A stretch of 63,832 bases of DNA, filler included, from Octopus bimaculoides (GCF_001194135.2; 6 parts of 4 records of this genome joined end to end with filler, not necessarily neighbours in it), one strand, 5' to 3'. Shown: positions 1 through 14,436, counted from the whole stretch's first letter. Notes: generated from the letters alone by a model not told the origin. Numbers and translations are program-made.

Positions 1-1126
1 AAAATTATATTTTGTTACAAAAAATTTTTCCGTTTACTATCTTCAATTAATTTTCTGAAAAATAATGAAGGAAAATATAAAAAAATAATTTGCAAATGAA
101 AATATGATATATAAAAACATAAATTTCATTTAATTCAAAATAAATATTATTGAAAGAATCCATTAAAATTCGCTTAGAAATTTCCAAAATTCACTAATGC
201 CATACATTTTTCAAATGAGGAAAATTGCAAAACAAAAAAAAACAAAAAAAAAAAAAAAAAGAGATATAGAAATATTTCAAATGAGGAAAATTGAAAAAAA
301 AAGAAAAAGAGATATAGAAAAGTGAATCTAATCGATCAATTAAGAGCAAATAAACGGAGAAAAATGTATATTTTAAAACAGCAGCAGAGCCATTTACGCA
401 AGCGCGCTCACATGAAAACACACACACACGCACACAGACGCGCGCGCGCGCACACACAAGCGCGCGTGTGTGTGTCTATGTATATTAAAAAATATTAAAT
501 TGAAATAAATAACAAAGTTATGCTGCAAGAGAGCAACTAGTAATCTAGCAATAATATTCCAAAGAAAATTTGATCTAAATGTCTTTATTGAAAAGAACTA
601 AACAGAGAGATATGATTTTCTTGCAATTTTTAAATCTATTGTCAACCAAGGTAAACATATTTAACTTACGTAAAAGATTTTGATTCCTTTATATAAACTT
701 CCTGATTTTATTATATTATACATGCATGCGCATATACCTAAATATATGTCTGCATACACATACGCGCACACACACACATGCATACGTGTACATATACATT
801 GCTGTTTCCAATGAGATACAACGGTTAATCAATGTTTAGAACTCCATGTAAATCCATATAAGACCACATTCTAATTAAGTATTACAAATAATGTCCTCCA
901 TTTTCTTTTGGCATTTTACACATTTCAATAATTCACAAATTGTATATCCGTGAGCAGAAGAAGAAAAAGATTTTGTTTTTATTTAGCGCTGTCACCCAAC
1001 TCACGCTGGTAAATAACAATGGATTAACTTAATACATTCTTCTGAAAGTCTGGCATATCAATGTGACATTTCGGCCCCAGTGTTCAACTGGCACTTATTT
1101 CATCATCCTCGAAAGTATAATTTTTG

Positions 1127-1329
1127 TTTTCCTTTATTGCTCACAAGGGGCTAAACATAGAGGGGACAAACAAGGACAGACAAACGGATTAAGTCGATTA
1201 CATCGACACCAGTGCGTAACTGGTACTTATTTAATCGACCCCGAAAGGATGAAAGGCAAAGTCGACTTCGGCGGAATTTGAACTCAGAACGTAACGGCAG
1301 ACGAAATACCGCTAAGCATTTCGCCCGGC
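1127..1329 (-). mobile_element. SINE family A, lacking the extreme 5' end
   Basis: Reverse complement matches the 27409 copy, including the long tail. Confidence 0.85.
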
Positions 1330-1707
1330 TTGGGACCTCACTTTCCTATTCGCAGAAAATAATGCTAACAACAATTAATAAACAGGTACACCTAAGCATT
1401 TCATAAGAATTTAAAATGAGCAATATATAACTTCTGAATAGAGAAGCTACAAGCAAGGTATGATATAATATAGGCTTATTGACTGGCATTAGATGAAACG
1501 ACAAGTTCTCATAATGCGGCGTAGAGGCAACACAGTGATCTTAAGAAGAACTATTTGAAGGCAAGAGAATATGAGAATGTGTACACCCCAGCATAGAGGT
1601 ACGAAAGTCCCTACACAAAAACTTATCATTAAGTAATGGGTAACATGCAAAAGTTTCTGATGGAGCTCATAAAAGTAATCAAGCACAAAAGTCAGTAATT
1701 AAAGAAC

Positions 1708-1738
<31 letters not shown>

Positions 1739-3474
1739 CATACATACATAGATTACATACATGCTTATACATACATTACATACATGCTTATACATACATA
1801 AATACATACGCATACACACACATAAACTTGGAAATATATAATAATACTACCGATAGTAATGGGTAATTCTGAAGGTGGACGAGGTTTAAGCTGTGCTTTA
1901 CCACGTTCCTATCGGAATATAACATAACTATATAACTACGTATGTATTTATGTATATATACATAATCTATGTATATATACATGATGTACGTATTTATTTA
2001 TATAGAGTTAGATAAGATTCGGGTAAATACCTGGTAGTATTCTATGCACATTTCGTCCACAGTTATTGGCTAATTTATGTCATCATACAGTGGAAATACT
2101 CAGGCTACTGGGTATATATTAGGAATTCTTTAATATACAAACAGTTAAATAATACAAAATAGATTGAACGACATCTTTTATTTCAAATACTGCAATTATT
2201 TCGACACATTTTTATACTCATAGTACATTGTTGAGATAACAGCATGATCTAACGAAGGATTTATTTAAAACGATCACCTGAAGAAGTGCATCTTACACCT
2301 TTAATAGATGATAGTGACAACATAATATCTCACTAGTGTACTACGGATGCATAAATATGTTGAAACGGTCGTAGTGTTTTTAGATATCATCTATCAACGC
2401 ATTATCTTATTAGTAATTAGGTTGCGGCACTTACGATCAGGTAGCATCGGTTTGACGGAGTGAACTAATGTACAGAACATACATTTGATCACAATAAACA
2501 AATTAGTCTGCAGGTTGTTTAGCCATCTTTTGTGGATTACGAGAGACTACCACCGCACTACACACACGCACATGTACACATACACATAGACACGCGCACA
2601 CATTCACACAGTAACCTTTGTATGTATGCATATCTGTTCATCTGGAGATAAAAGACATAAATTCTTGCAGATATTAGCGATGTTCTCATTGTTGTTCAAG
2701 TTGTTGTTGTTGTTGTTGTTGTTGTTGCCGTCAACGTTGTTGTTGTTGATATTTTATTTTCAAGAGTAAAAGTGGAAAATGATGTATGAAGCAGTGGTTT
2801 TATGGTTGAGGGCGTCAGGATAGCTTTTTACTGTAGGGAGTGAAAAATATGATTGGAGAAAGGTGGAGAAATGGGCGATGAGGGGGTGGGGGAGAAAATA
2901 ACGGAAAGGAAGAAAAGAACTGAGGAGAAAGAGAAATATAAAGAGATGAGGGGGATGAGGTTTTTAATGTCGGTGAAATTCTGTGCTAATGTCAAATGAT
3001 GCGAATATGCTTGACGAGAATAGAAAATAAAATGTAAAAAGCGGTTGGCAGAAGGCAAGTGAAAGTTTTATTAATAAAAATAGAATGCGCTGAAACGCAT
3101 AGAAGCACTCACACACGCCATCACACACACGCACTCAAACGCACATATACACAACCATTTTNNNNNNNNNNTATATATATATATATATATACATATATAC
3201 ATACATAAAATTTAATCGAAGCTGAAACTTGAAACTTTACAATGCAATTCTGATTTTCTCCTTTCGGCACGTCAAAAAATACACACACGCGCGTGCGCAG
3301 ACACACACTCACACGCAAATACACGCGCGGCTACGCTCGCACACACTCGTACATAGACGAGTATGTTTACTTCTGTATGTGTGTTGTTGTGTATGTATTT
3401 ATTTATATACGTGTATGTGTGCGTGATTGTGTGCATGTATATATATATATATATGCGTATATATGTATATAATA

Positions 3475-3519
<45 letters not shown>

Positions 3520-4036
3520 ATCTATCTATCTATCTATCTATATATATATATATGTATGTATGTATGTATATGTATGTGTGTGTGTGTGTGTGTGTGCATT
3601 AAATATATATTAAATATATATTATATGTATATCAAATATTATATATATATGTGTCTATTTGTCTTTGTGTGTGTACGTGTGTAATTATGTATGGGTATAT
3701 GTATCTTCACACATGTATACATGCTTATAGATGTGTGTGCCTGTGTTTGTATGTGTATATGTATGTGTGTGTGTGTGTGTAAATACACACATGACCAAGC
3801 GCACAGATTGACAGACACAATGCCTCTAACAAAAATAATAAATGCAAAAATAAAAAAAACATATATGTACTAAGCAATGTAGGTAAATAAGTAAAAGCTA
3901 ATTTGGTGTTAAGGGTGGGGGTGGGGGGTTAAGAAAACTAAACATGGTTGAAGGAATAAGGAATGCAGAGATTAGGAAATGGGGAAGAAATAGCAAAATT
4001 TGAAGTCTATTTTTTAAAACTAAAACAGAAAAGTAA

Positions 4037-4132
<96 letters not shown>

Positions 4133-4526
4133 AAGAAGAAGAAGAATATATGTGTAGAGTTTGATTATTGATGTTCAACCAGGTGGAACCGTCCCTGCAA
4201 GTAGCCTTAAAATACATGACAGATACTTTATCTTAATTCCTTAAAATCTGTTTTTTTTTTCTTTGTTTCGCTTTTATGTTTTGTTTTTGTTTCTTAATTG
4301 ATTGTGTTCGTTATTGTTCCGTCATTTGTTTTTAGTTTAAACCGGAAAGTGATTAAGATGGAGTGGTGATGGTTATAGTGGTGGTGGTGGTGGCGGCGGT
4401 GGCGGTGCTGTTACTGCTACTGCTGCTGCTGCTAGAGACTGCAAAGAAAATAGAAATATTTTGTGTCACAAATGTCTCTAAACGTTGTGTGATATCGATC
4501 ATTATTGGTTGGGTTCTGATTAAACC

Positions 4527-4600
4527 ATGTCAAACAACCGAGACTTATGACTGGTGGGTTCTGATTATACCACCAGTCATAAGTCTCAGTTGTTTCACAT
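4527..4600. other. 74-nt near-perfect hairpin (31-bp stem with 2 mismatches, 12-nt loop)
   Basis: ATGT-C-AAACAAC-C-GAGACTTATGACTGGTGG [GTTCTGATTATA] CCACCAGTCATAAGTCTC-A-GTTGTTT-C-ACAT. Confidence 0.9.
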
Positions 4601-4886
4601 TCACAGACATTCGGTGCAAAAAAATCTTGTCGGGGGAAAAAGGGTGATTCGAACCCTCTAACTTACAGTCACGTATGCAAATGTAGCTATTAACAATATC
4701 TCATTATGTATCTTTTAGTTTTTATCTTTTACTTGTTTCAGTCATTAGACTGCAGCCATGCGGAATGAATCGACCCCAGTATTTATTTTTTTAAGCCTCG
4801 TACCTATTCTATTAGTCTCTTTCGTCGAACTGTTATGTTACCGGGACGCAAAAACACCAACACCGGTTGTAAAGCTGTGGTGGGGG

Positions 4887-4921
<35 letters not shown>

Positions 4922-4937
4922 GGCAAATGAAAGACGG

Positions 4938-5566
4938 AATAAGTATCCGGACTGTTACCATAGTAACGAAGCTAAAGCACGCAGAGTAAAGGCGCTTGGC
5001 ACAGACTGACCTTGAACTCTGCTGTGCATGCGCACTAAGCTTTAACATTCTAGCTCACTTCCACTGTTTACAGCAGTGCTTGGAAGGAAGGTGTGTAGCG
5101 TGTGATCGTCGCAGGACAGAGAAAGTTGCGCAAAGAAACTGCATCAAATTTTGCCTAAAGCTTGAGGCCTACGCAAAGTTTTCAGAAAGTTTTCATTCTT
5201 CTCGACACAACCAAGGAGATCTTGTGCAACTGAAACCCGAGAGTCTTTTTGGTCAGCTGAAAGCAGTTTTGGCACAAACATGGCAGACAGGCGTCTCATA
5301 CCCAAATCTTGAATGATAATGGAATAGACTGAACCGTAACTGATCTGCACATCCTCTGATAACTCAGCGATGGTGATACGACGATCACAAGCTACACACG
5401 TTCTTTCGAAGCACTGCTGTAAACAGCGGAAGTAAAGTAGAACGTTAAAACTTAGTGCACGTGCACGGCAGAGTTGAAGGTCAACCTTTTCCAAGCGGCT
5501 TTAATCTGTGTGCTTTAGGTTCGTTACTATGGCAACAGCCCGGATTCTTATTGATCAGACCTGATA
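4938..5566. mobile_element. Mariner-derived non-autonomous element with ~175-bp inverted ends and transposase remnants on both strands
   Basis: Inverted repeats aataagtatccggactgttaccatagtaacgaa...gtgatcgtcg. The + strand reads TEKVAQRNCIKFCLKL; the - strand reads DRRITIAELSEDVQISYGSVYSIIIQDLGMRRLSAMFVPKLLSADQK (mariner HTH plus WVPH-like linker). Right end terminates at TA. Confidence 0.88.
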
Positions 5567-5589
5567 TGTATATATTTATTTATTTATGC

Positions 5590-5639
5590 GTTTCAGCCAA
5601 GTGGCTGTAGTCATGCTGGAGCACCACCGTGAGCTGGAG

Positions 5640-5701
<62 letters not shown>

Positions 5702-5856
5702 ACAGGCTTCTATCAGTTTACGTCCACCAAATCCACTCACAAGACTTTGGTATGCCCAAGTTTATAGTATAAGACACTTGCCCAATGTGCCATGCAGTGG
5801 GACTGAACCCGGGACAATGTCGTTGGGAAGCAAGCATCTTACCACACAACCACGTG
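5590..5856 (-). mobile_element. SINE family C with a shortened tail
   Basis: Head at 5697-5856, (CA)(TA) repeat, tail remnant cagccaagtggctgtagtcatgctggagcacc. Confidence 0.8.
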
Positions 5857-6729
5857 ATGAACTATTATTCATTGTTGTATGCATTTTCGAAGATATTCCA
5901 TAAAAACGGCTTATTTCCATACAGCTCGATTCATCGAAAATTACCATTTGAATACAAACGTCCTCTCCCGTGTGTGAGATTAAAACAGCGTATGTGAACG
6001 GTTAACCTCGGAGAAACACTTCGGCAATGGTATAAGGATATTCCAGATTAGGGTAAATACGTAGCATGAGTCTGGTGGATGGCTTGAAGGTTTTTTTTGC
6101 TTTTTTTTTTTCCACTGAAGAAGAATTTTTACCATTTATGTTATAGACTATTATTATTAGCTACTTTCGCATTCATGATATTTCGTAAAAGGAATTTATT
6201 TTCATGGTTTTTCGGTGATCTAAATGTAAATAAAAAAAATTTATGTTTTTTCCTCACTAAAAATGTAATTTCAATTAATCACATCTTGCCCGACTATATC
6301 AAGTGTGTTCATCCACCCCCTGCACCGCACACTGCTTACTAGACCATTGAGGAATTAAATTTTCGTGTATACAAATCGAAACATTCGAATGACGTCACCA
6401 GTAAACTTACTGGATTCACAACCAGAAAACTTCTCATCTCTCGCTCTCATTGTCTCTCAGTCCACATTTTAGCAATACACGTAGCATGGACAAACGCAGA
6501 GGAGCAATGCGTAATATTATGCATTGTACATTTATGAACTTGTCATTAATGTTTGTCACAAAAGCGAAATGCCATAAACTGGCTGCCAGATTTTAGTTGA
6601 TAAATCGATTTAACTAATGGGACATGTTTTCGTCGATTCCGAAAGGACAAAAGGTACAGTTGATCTTGGTCGCATTTGAAACTAGAAACGATGCAAGGCG
6701 TTTCCTGACTTTCTAAAAATGTCCCCAAT

Positions 6730-6910
6730 TGCTCAGCGGTATTTCGTCTGTCTTTACGTTCCGGGTTTAAATTCCGCCGAGGTCGACTTTGCCTTTCATT
6801 CTTTCGGGGTCGATAAATTAAGTACCAGTTGCGTACTGGGTCGATCTAATCGACTGCCCCCCCCCACCTCCCCAAAAATTTCGGGACTTGTGCTTAGAGT
6901 AGAAAAGGAA
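6730..6910 (+). mobile_element. SINE family A, short-tail variant
   Basis: Shared core; tail gggacttgtgcttagagtagaaaaggaa. Confidence 0.85.
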
Positions 6911-8485
6911 TAAGTGCATCGAAAAACAAAGAGACTATGTCAAAAAATAATGTAATTGTTCCACCCATGATTTGGTTTTAATAAATTATAGAAACGGGAG
7001 TGTGTATGACATTTTACTTACCCTTGTATTACTAGCTTTTTCTTTCGTATTCCGATGGCTTAATTCACAAATTTTGGCAGATTCCTGTTATCACCGTAAA
7101 TTCAGATGAATGGCAAGTAACGTAATATATGATTGTTTTTTTTTTTCTTTTCAATTGCTTTGGGTTTTAGTTCGATTCTCAAGGAAATAACAACGTAGTC
7201 GCTTGTTTAGAGACACCGATGCAGTTTTATGAGTACACTTATGTTTCAGAATATCTCACTTGATGATTGCTGAGTTAGAACTGAAATTGTGTTTAATTGT
7301 CGTATACTCGGAGGTGGAAGGTGAGATAATACTCTCTACTGAGTCATACTTTATAATTGTTTATATACAATTACATGTACACTTGATTGAGCCATTTGGG
7401 TAGAATTAGCAGTTTGTCGGGGGACGATGAATATCTAAATACCTATAACGGGAATTTAACTACACTTAATCAAGACGCCTAATGATACAGTATACTTCAT
7501 TGTAATAAGCCGTACCAATTTAGCGATAGTTCTGTGTCTAAACAGTGGTACACAAGCAGAACTCATCCGTGTTTACTACTGCAATGCCTACACTAAATAC
7601 CGTAGTGTGTATAACATGGTGCGGAGTGTGTTCTATCAATGCCATAAGCCTAGATTCTACGTAAGAATGGCACGTGAGAAAATGAATAGCATCTGCACCG
7701 ACTAGAAACAGTGTCTAAATATCCCTTAAATTGCACCATACCTTCTTATAAATAATGTGGTCATAAGCAAATGAAATAGGATAGCTACACCTGGACCGTC
7801 TTTCATCAGGGGCCTACTTGTTCAGAGCTGATGTAGGACTAAAAGACACCATAACATAAAGTTGGCATGCTCCTCTGTGATGGTTATTGGTCTTAGCTTA
7901 TATAAAAACAACCGACTGTGTAAGTGAGCCAACAATAAGGCCATAATGCAGTTCATAGATCTACTAAAAATAACAACCATATCGTTCTCAAATAACAAAC
8001 TAACCATCTTTTTTAGGAAGATAACATTACACAATGTAGTCCTTGGTATATTATTACTTAAATCAAGACATGTTGGTGGTCACAACCAGAATGTCTTTGA
8101 TCATCAGTCAGCTCATCAGGGTTGAGATTGGGTTAAACACCACCAACAACTGCAACAATGTTATCTGATTCTATAATCAACCGCAGTAAAAATCAACGTA
8201 AGATCAACTTGATAACCATTGACTTTCAGATTTTCATGAAAAATTGAATAATGTGGTGTGAAGTTCATGCATTTCTTTTACACGGTCATCAATAAGACAC
8301 ACAAAGTAATGTTGTTCTAATTGAAAATCAAACCTGGGACTTGAACATTCGCTCGTTAAAAAATCTGATGACTTGATTTAAAAGAAAATTCCAGATGAAC
8401 GCTCAGCAATATATGACGTTGTACGTAGAGGATCGCTCGTAAGAAGCGGCAAACAAAAAAATACGTATACATGTGAGAACGCGAT

Positions 8486-8554
<69 letters not shown>

Positions 8555-8795
8555 GTGTATGTATATTATTTATTTAAAGACACAACACATGTNNNNNNNN
8601 NNNNNNNNNNNNNNNNNNNNNNNNNNNNNNNNNNNNNNNNNNNNNNNNNNNNNNNNNNNNNNNNNNNNNNNNNNNNNNNNNNNNNNNNNNNNNNNNNNNN
8701 NNNNNNNNNNNNNNNNNNNNNNNNNNNNNNNNNNNNNNNNNNNNNNNNNNNNNNNNNNNNNNNNNNNNNNGTATGTATATGTATTTATACGTATG

Positions 8796-8849
<54 letters not shown>

Positions 8850-9280
8850 CATGTATGTATCTATGTATAATGTGAGCATTTGCGTTCGTGTGTGTATATG
8901 TGAGTGAGTGAGTGAGTGAGAGAATGTATGTAATCATTATTCGGAGAGTAAATATTCACTTCCCGCATGTCTCCTCCTCTAAATTATCTTCTATACTTCA
9001 GTGGACAGTCGACTTCTAACTAATTCAAGTAAATTGCAACTGACACTAAACCTTCTTTCCGTCTTCATCATCAAATTGATTCGGTTCTTGCCGCCAGTGA
9101 TACATTGAAGTTTTCTACGGCTAACAGATTAACACGCACACGCACGCACACGCGCGCGCGCGCACAAACACACACACACACACACACGCACACACACTCA
9201 CGTACACACATATAGCCCCGGAAATATACGTAGAGCCATACATAGGTGCATATATATATATTGAAAGGGAGAGAGGAAGT

Positions 9281-9337
<57 letters not shown>

Positions 9338-9718
9338 TGCATACGTATATACATAATACATGATATGTGTTTGTGCGAACACGTATATAAATTGCAAAGT
9401 AAGAATGTATACATACATATATAGATGTGTGCATATACATGTATGTATGTGTGGATGCTTGTGTATTTGCATACGTATAGATATTTGCCTATATAAGCAC
9501 GCACAAATAATCCCACCACTACCATAATCTCGACATACATATCGGCTGGAATTGTGATCTCGTATGGATGGATACAGAGAATATCGTTTTATGTTGGCTA
9601 ATTTTCTGCTTAGATTTCGAATTCAGTTATATCCATCAATGGGTTATAAACCAGAGAGCAATGTGCATGTAACGTCTTTACATCACCACACACCTCAAGC
9701 ATACACTAACATAAACAT

Positions 9719-9761
<43 letters not shown>

Positions 9762-9805
9762 TTTAGTCAATACGTGTCTTTTTATGTATGTGAATATGTA
9801 TGAAT

Positions 9806-9840
<35 letters not shown>

Positions 9841-9857
9841 CATTCAGACATAGTCAG

Positions 9858-9934
<77 letters not shown>

Positions 9935-10284
9935 ATGTATGTATGTATGTATGTATGCATACATAGTTGTGTACACTAATGCGTACATATAAACATCTCC
10001 CTTTCAAAAGATCATGTGCATGCTGCCATATAAACCATGTGTCATGAAATCTAACAAGGCCATCTGTGAACGCTAATGAAAGAATCTGCTGTATCCTTAC
10101 ATTTGATGAGGAATCCCTGGGTGTTGATATACCTAACGGCGACGAAATGTAATCATTTGAGATTCCAGTTCTTATAAGCTGCTCGTAGCATTAATTGCGT
10201 TATGAACGACGCCGAAGTACACACACACACACACACACACATCTACAAATAGACATACGTAAATACATATATACATACATATCA

Positions 10285-10362
<78 letters not shown>

Positions 10363-10369
10363 CTATCTA

Positions 10370-10406
<37 letters not shown>

Positions 10407-10506
10407 NNNNNNNNNNNNNNNNNNNNNNNNNNNNNNNNNNNNNNNNNNNNTTAATTAATTAANNNNNNNNNNNNNNNNNNNNNNNNNNNNNNNNNNNNNN
10501 NNNNNN
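10407..10506. other. Artificial 100-bp scaffold join (44 N + TTAATTAATTAA + 44 N); identical joins at 25298-25397, 39891-39990, 55553-55652 and 62035-62134
   Basis: Identical geometry five times; the 12-mer places stop codons in all six frames. Confidence 0.95.
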
Positions 10507-10932
10507 GTCTCTCAAGCGAATTTCATTATTGTTTATTTCTCCGTTGTTATATCCTGTTTTTTCTGTTTTCCTTCATCTCATCTATTATATTTTTAATACG
10601 TTTATTTCTTTACTAATTCGTTATTATCATTTTTTAACGTTCCTACCATAACAACAATTTACTTCCATTGGGATTATTTCAAACAATGAAAAAAAAAATT
10701 ATAATAATAAATTGAATACATTATATATTGAAGGAAGGTGGTGGTGATGGGGGGGGGGTAATATTATGATACATTTGGACGATTATCAATAACAGGACTT
10801 AATGATCCCAGAGTTCTTACTGTTCAAATCTGAAATATTCTATGTGATACCCTGTTTCTTTGGGGAAGACAATGTTAATTATTTACAAACATTTCTGATA
10901 TGCTGCAACATTTATTTTTTTTCTTAAAAACC

Positions 10933-11026
10933 ATGATTATTATCATTATTATTATTATCATTATTATCATTATCATTATCATTATTATTATCATTATTAT
11001 TATTATTGTTATTATCATTATTATTA

Positions 11027-11091
<65 letters not shown>

Positions 11092-11830
11092 GTATATAAA
11101 GAAAAACGATTGGAAGCCATTAATATCTTTTATTTTTCTCAAGTGAACGGAAAATCTGAAAATTCAAGGATTTGCTACAAAACAAAAAGAAATTGTTAAT
11201 CTGTAGCTGACTTTCTGTTTCGAAGAAAGAACACTCCCGGTTGTTGGTGTTCTTGGTGTTGTCTTGTAGCTGTTGTTGCTGCTGTTGTTGTTGTTGTTGC
11301 TGTTGTTGTTGTTGTTGCTGCTACTGCTTGCTGCTGTTGCAGATGACGATGTCGATGATGATGATGAAGATGAAGAAGATGATGATGATGAAGATGATGA
11401 TGACCACCACCACCACCACCACCGCCACCACCACCACCACCACCACCACTACGACTGTGACGTCGACGACAGTGATGATGTCATTGAGGATGCCGTTCTT
11501 GTTGCCTCTGCTGCTGCTACTGCTGCTGCTGCTGCTGCTGCTGACTGTTCTTCCTGGTACTTCTACTGCTGCTGCTGCAGATGATGATGATGATGATGAT
11601 GACGATGATGATGATGGAGATGATGATCACCACCAACACCACCATTACCACGTCGATGACGCTGACAAGTGTGATAATGATGATAGCAATGACGCTGCTG
11701 TTACTGCTACTTCTGTTGTTGATGATAATGATGATGAGGAGGAGGAGGATAATGATGGAGGTAGTGGTGATAACAATAGTAGTGTGGTGGTGGTAGTGGT
11801 GGTGGTAATTATGATGATGATGACGATTTT
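10933..11830. repeat. Compound trinucleotide microsatellite field: (ATT)n, (GTT/GCT)n, (GAT)n, (CAC)n
   Basis: Directly visible; produces homopolymer pseudo-ORFs in several frames. Confidence 0.95.
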
Positions 11831-12560
11831 TGCTTTCTTTCTTTCTAATTTCCTTTCTTTGTGTTTTTTTGTTGTTTGTTTTTTCAGTTTGCGCTGTGTT
11901 TTTCCTAACGAAAAGAGTCACCTACAATATAATTAGATCAAAATAGTTTATTGTTGAAGATGAGACCAACTTGTGCTAATTTAATTCTTTAAATAGGAAA
12001 TAATGTTCCATGTTTACCTTTGGTCTCACCATTAAGTTTTATACTTAATACCTATATTCTTTTATGATAAGCCATTAACGTATAATGGAACGAAAACAGA
12101 AGAGAAAAATATGATTCTTGGTTTTTGTTGGGAGTTTTTTTCCTCCTGGCAGTGACTGACGTAAAAAGATATCTTTTTAATGTACTGAAAGACTTGTTTT
12201 ACACAACCACACTTACACAAGCACACATGCACTCACGCACGCACCCACACACACGCACATACATACACACTCACGCCCTCATGTATACCCACTTATAGAA
12301 ACATGTAACGCATGTAGTCATATATGTATGTCTATATATATATAAACGTACGCGTATATATAGAGAAACATTTATATGAATATATATACATATATACATA
12401 TATATATACACACACGCGCATGCATGCACACTGCCATACACACACTCGTATCCATATATACATATATATGTATATATTCACATGCATATACATGTGTGTG
12501 TGTTTGTATGTATAAACATATAAACATAGTGTACATATATAGATATATATAGATACATAT

Positions 12561-12601
<41 letters not shown>

Positions 12602-13543
12602 NNNNNNNNNNNNNNNNNNNNNNNNNNNNNNNNNNNNNNNNNNNNNNNNNNNNNNNNNNNNNNNNNNNNNNNNNNNNNNNNNNNNNNNNNNNNNNNNNNN
12701 NNNNNNNNNNNNNNNNNNNNNNNNNNNNNNNNNNNNNNNNNNNNNNNNNNNNNNNNNNNNNNNNNNNNNNNNNNNNNNNNNNNNNNNNNNNNNNNNNNNN
12801 NNNNNNNNNNNNNNNNNNNNNNNNNNNNNNNNNNNNNNNNNNNNNNNNNNNNNNNNNNNNNNNNNNNNNNNNNNNNNNNNNNNNNNNNNNNNNNNNNNNN
12901 NNNNNNNNNNNNNNNNNNNNNNNNNNNNNNNNNNNNNNNNNNNNNNNNNNNNNNNNNNNNNNNNNNNNNNNNNNNNNNNNNNNNNNNNNNNNNNNNNNNN
13001 NNNNNNNNNNNNNNNNNNNNNNNNNNNNNNNNNNNNNNNNNNNNNNNNNNNNNNNNNNNNNNNNNNNNNNNNNNNNNNNNNNNNNNNNNNNNNNNNNNNN
13101 NNNNNNNNNNNNNNNNNNNNNNNNNNNNNNNNNNNNNNNNNNNNNNNNNNNNNNNNNNNNNNNNNNNNNNNNNNNNNNNNNNNNNNNNNNNNNNNNNNNN
13201 NNNNNNNNNNNNNNNNNNNNNNNNNNNNNNNNNNNNNNNNNNNNNNNNNNNNNNNNNNNNNNNNNNNNNNNNNNNNNNNNNNNNNNNNNNNNNNNNNNNN
13301 NNNNNNNNNNNNNNNNNNNNNNNNNNNNNNNNNNNNNNNNNNNNNNNNNNNNNNNNNNNNNNNNNNNNNNNNNNNNNNNNNNNNNNNNNNNNNNNNNNNN
13401 NNNNNNNNNNNNNNNNNNNNNNNNNNNNNNNNNNNNNNNNNNNNNNNNNNNNNNNNNNNNNNNNNNNNNNNNNNNNNNNNNNNNNNNNNNNNNNNNNNNN
13501 NNNNNNNNNNNNNNNNNNNNNNNNNNNNNNNNNNNNNNNNNNN

Positions 13544-13620
<77 letters not shown>

Positions 13621-13811
13621 CGTGTGTGCATGTGTGTGTGTGTATCAATTTTAGCTGAGCTAGAGGCTAAAAAACCGCCTAAGGGATAGAAGTATCAGTT
13701 ATACTACCGGTATATTACCTATGTTGAACCATGCGCATATATATGCGAACATATTACGCTCATAAATTATCGGTAAAGGCAACGATAAACATGGGTTTAT
13801 CAAGAACCAAA

Positions 13812-14436
13812 ATATAAAGAAAACAGAAAATAAAGAAATATTGATGAACAACAATTGACTTCCAACAATTTTCATTTATTAATTCAATATAAATAGACTG
13901 CATCCCATCTAACAGCTATTTCTGCTTCCAGTGTTTCTGCTTCCAATGTTTTGCCATTGATATGCTAAAAATATTTATCATATTTGGTAATAAAACCGAT
14001 CTGAAACATGGAGCTTCATCACAGTGAAGGATAAATAAACAAGAGACGAAGAGACTAGAGAAGAAAAGGTTGAATATGGTTGTAATCATACCATTTTGCA
14101 TTTAGAAGGCTAAGTAAACGAATCATTTACTTAACGTTCCAAAGAGATACACAAGCAAAATGGTATGATTACAAACATATTCAACTTAACCTTATTCTTC
14201 TCTATGCTCTTCTTTTTTTTATTTATCCTGCACTGTGATGAAGGTCCATGTTTCAGATCGATTTTATAACCAAATATGATAAATATTTTTAGCATATCAA
14301 TGGCAATACCATGCAACATTGGAAGCAGAAACAGCTGTTAGATGGGGTGCAGTCTATTTGTATTGAATTGATAAATAGTAATTGATGTAAGTCAATTGTT
14401 GTTCATCAATATTTCTCCATTTTGTCTTCTTTATAT
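13812..14436. repeat. 625-bp fold-back: two ~285-bp inverted arms with a 55-nt spacer
   Basis: 13812-14099 aligns to the reverse complement of 14155-14436 at high identity (roughly 85-90% by eye). Confidence 0.92.

Noticed and set aside
1340-1707. Stop-ridden frame with LALDETT next to (ACAT)n
   Set aside because: Too decayed to call as a hAT transposase or RLE fragment.
4635-4690. tRNA-like GGTTCGAATC arm on the minus strand
   Set aside because: No acceptor stem or D arm; at most a SINE or tRNA fragment.
11241-11936. 231-aa ORF and overlapping ORFs with poly-C, D, H and T runs
   Set aside because: Trinucleotide repeats stay open in several frames on both strands; no domain or splice context.
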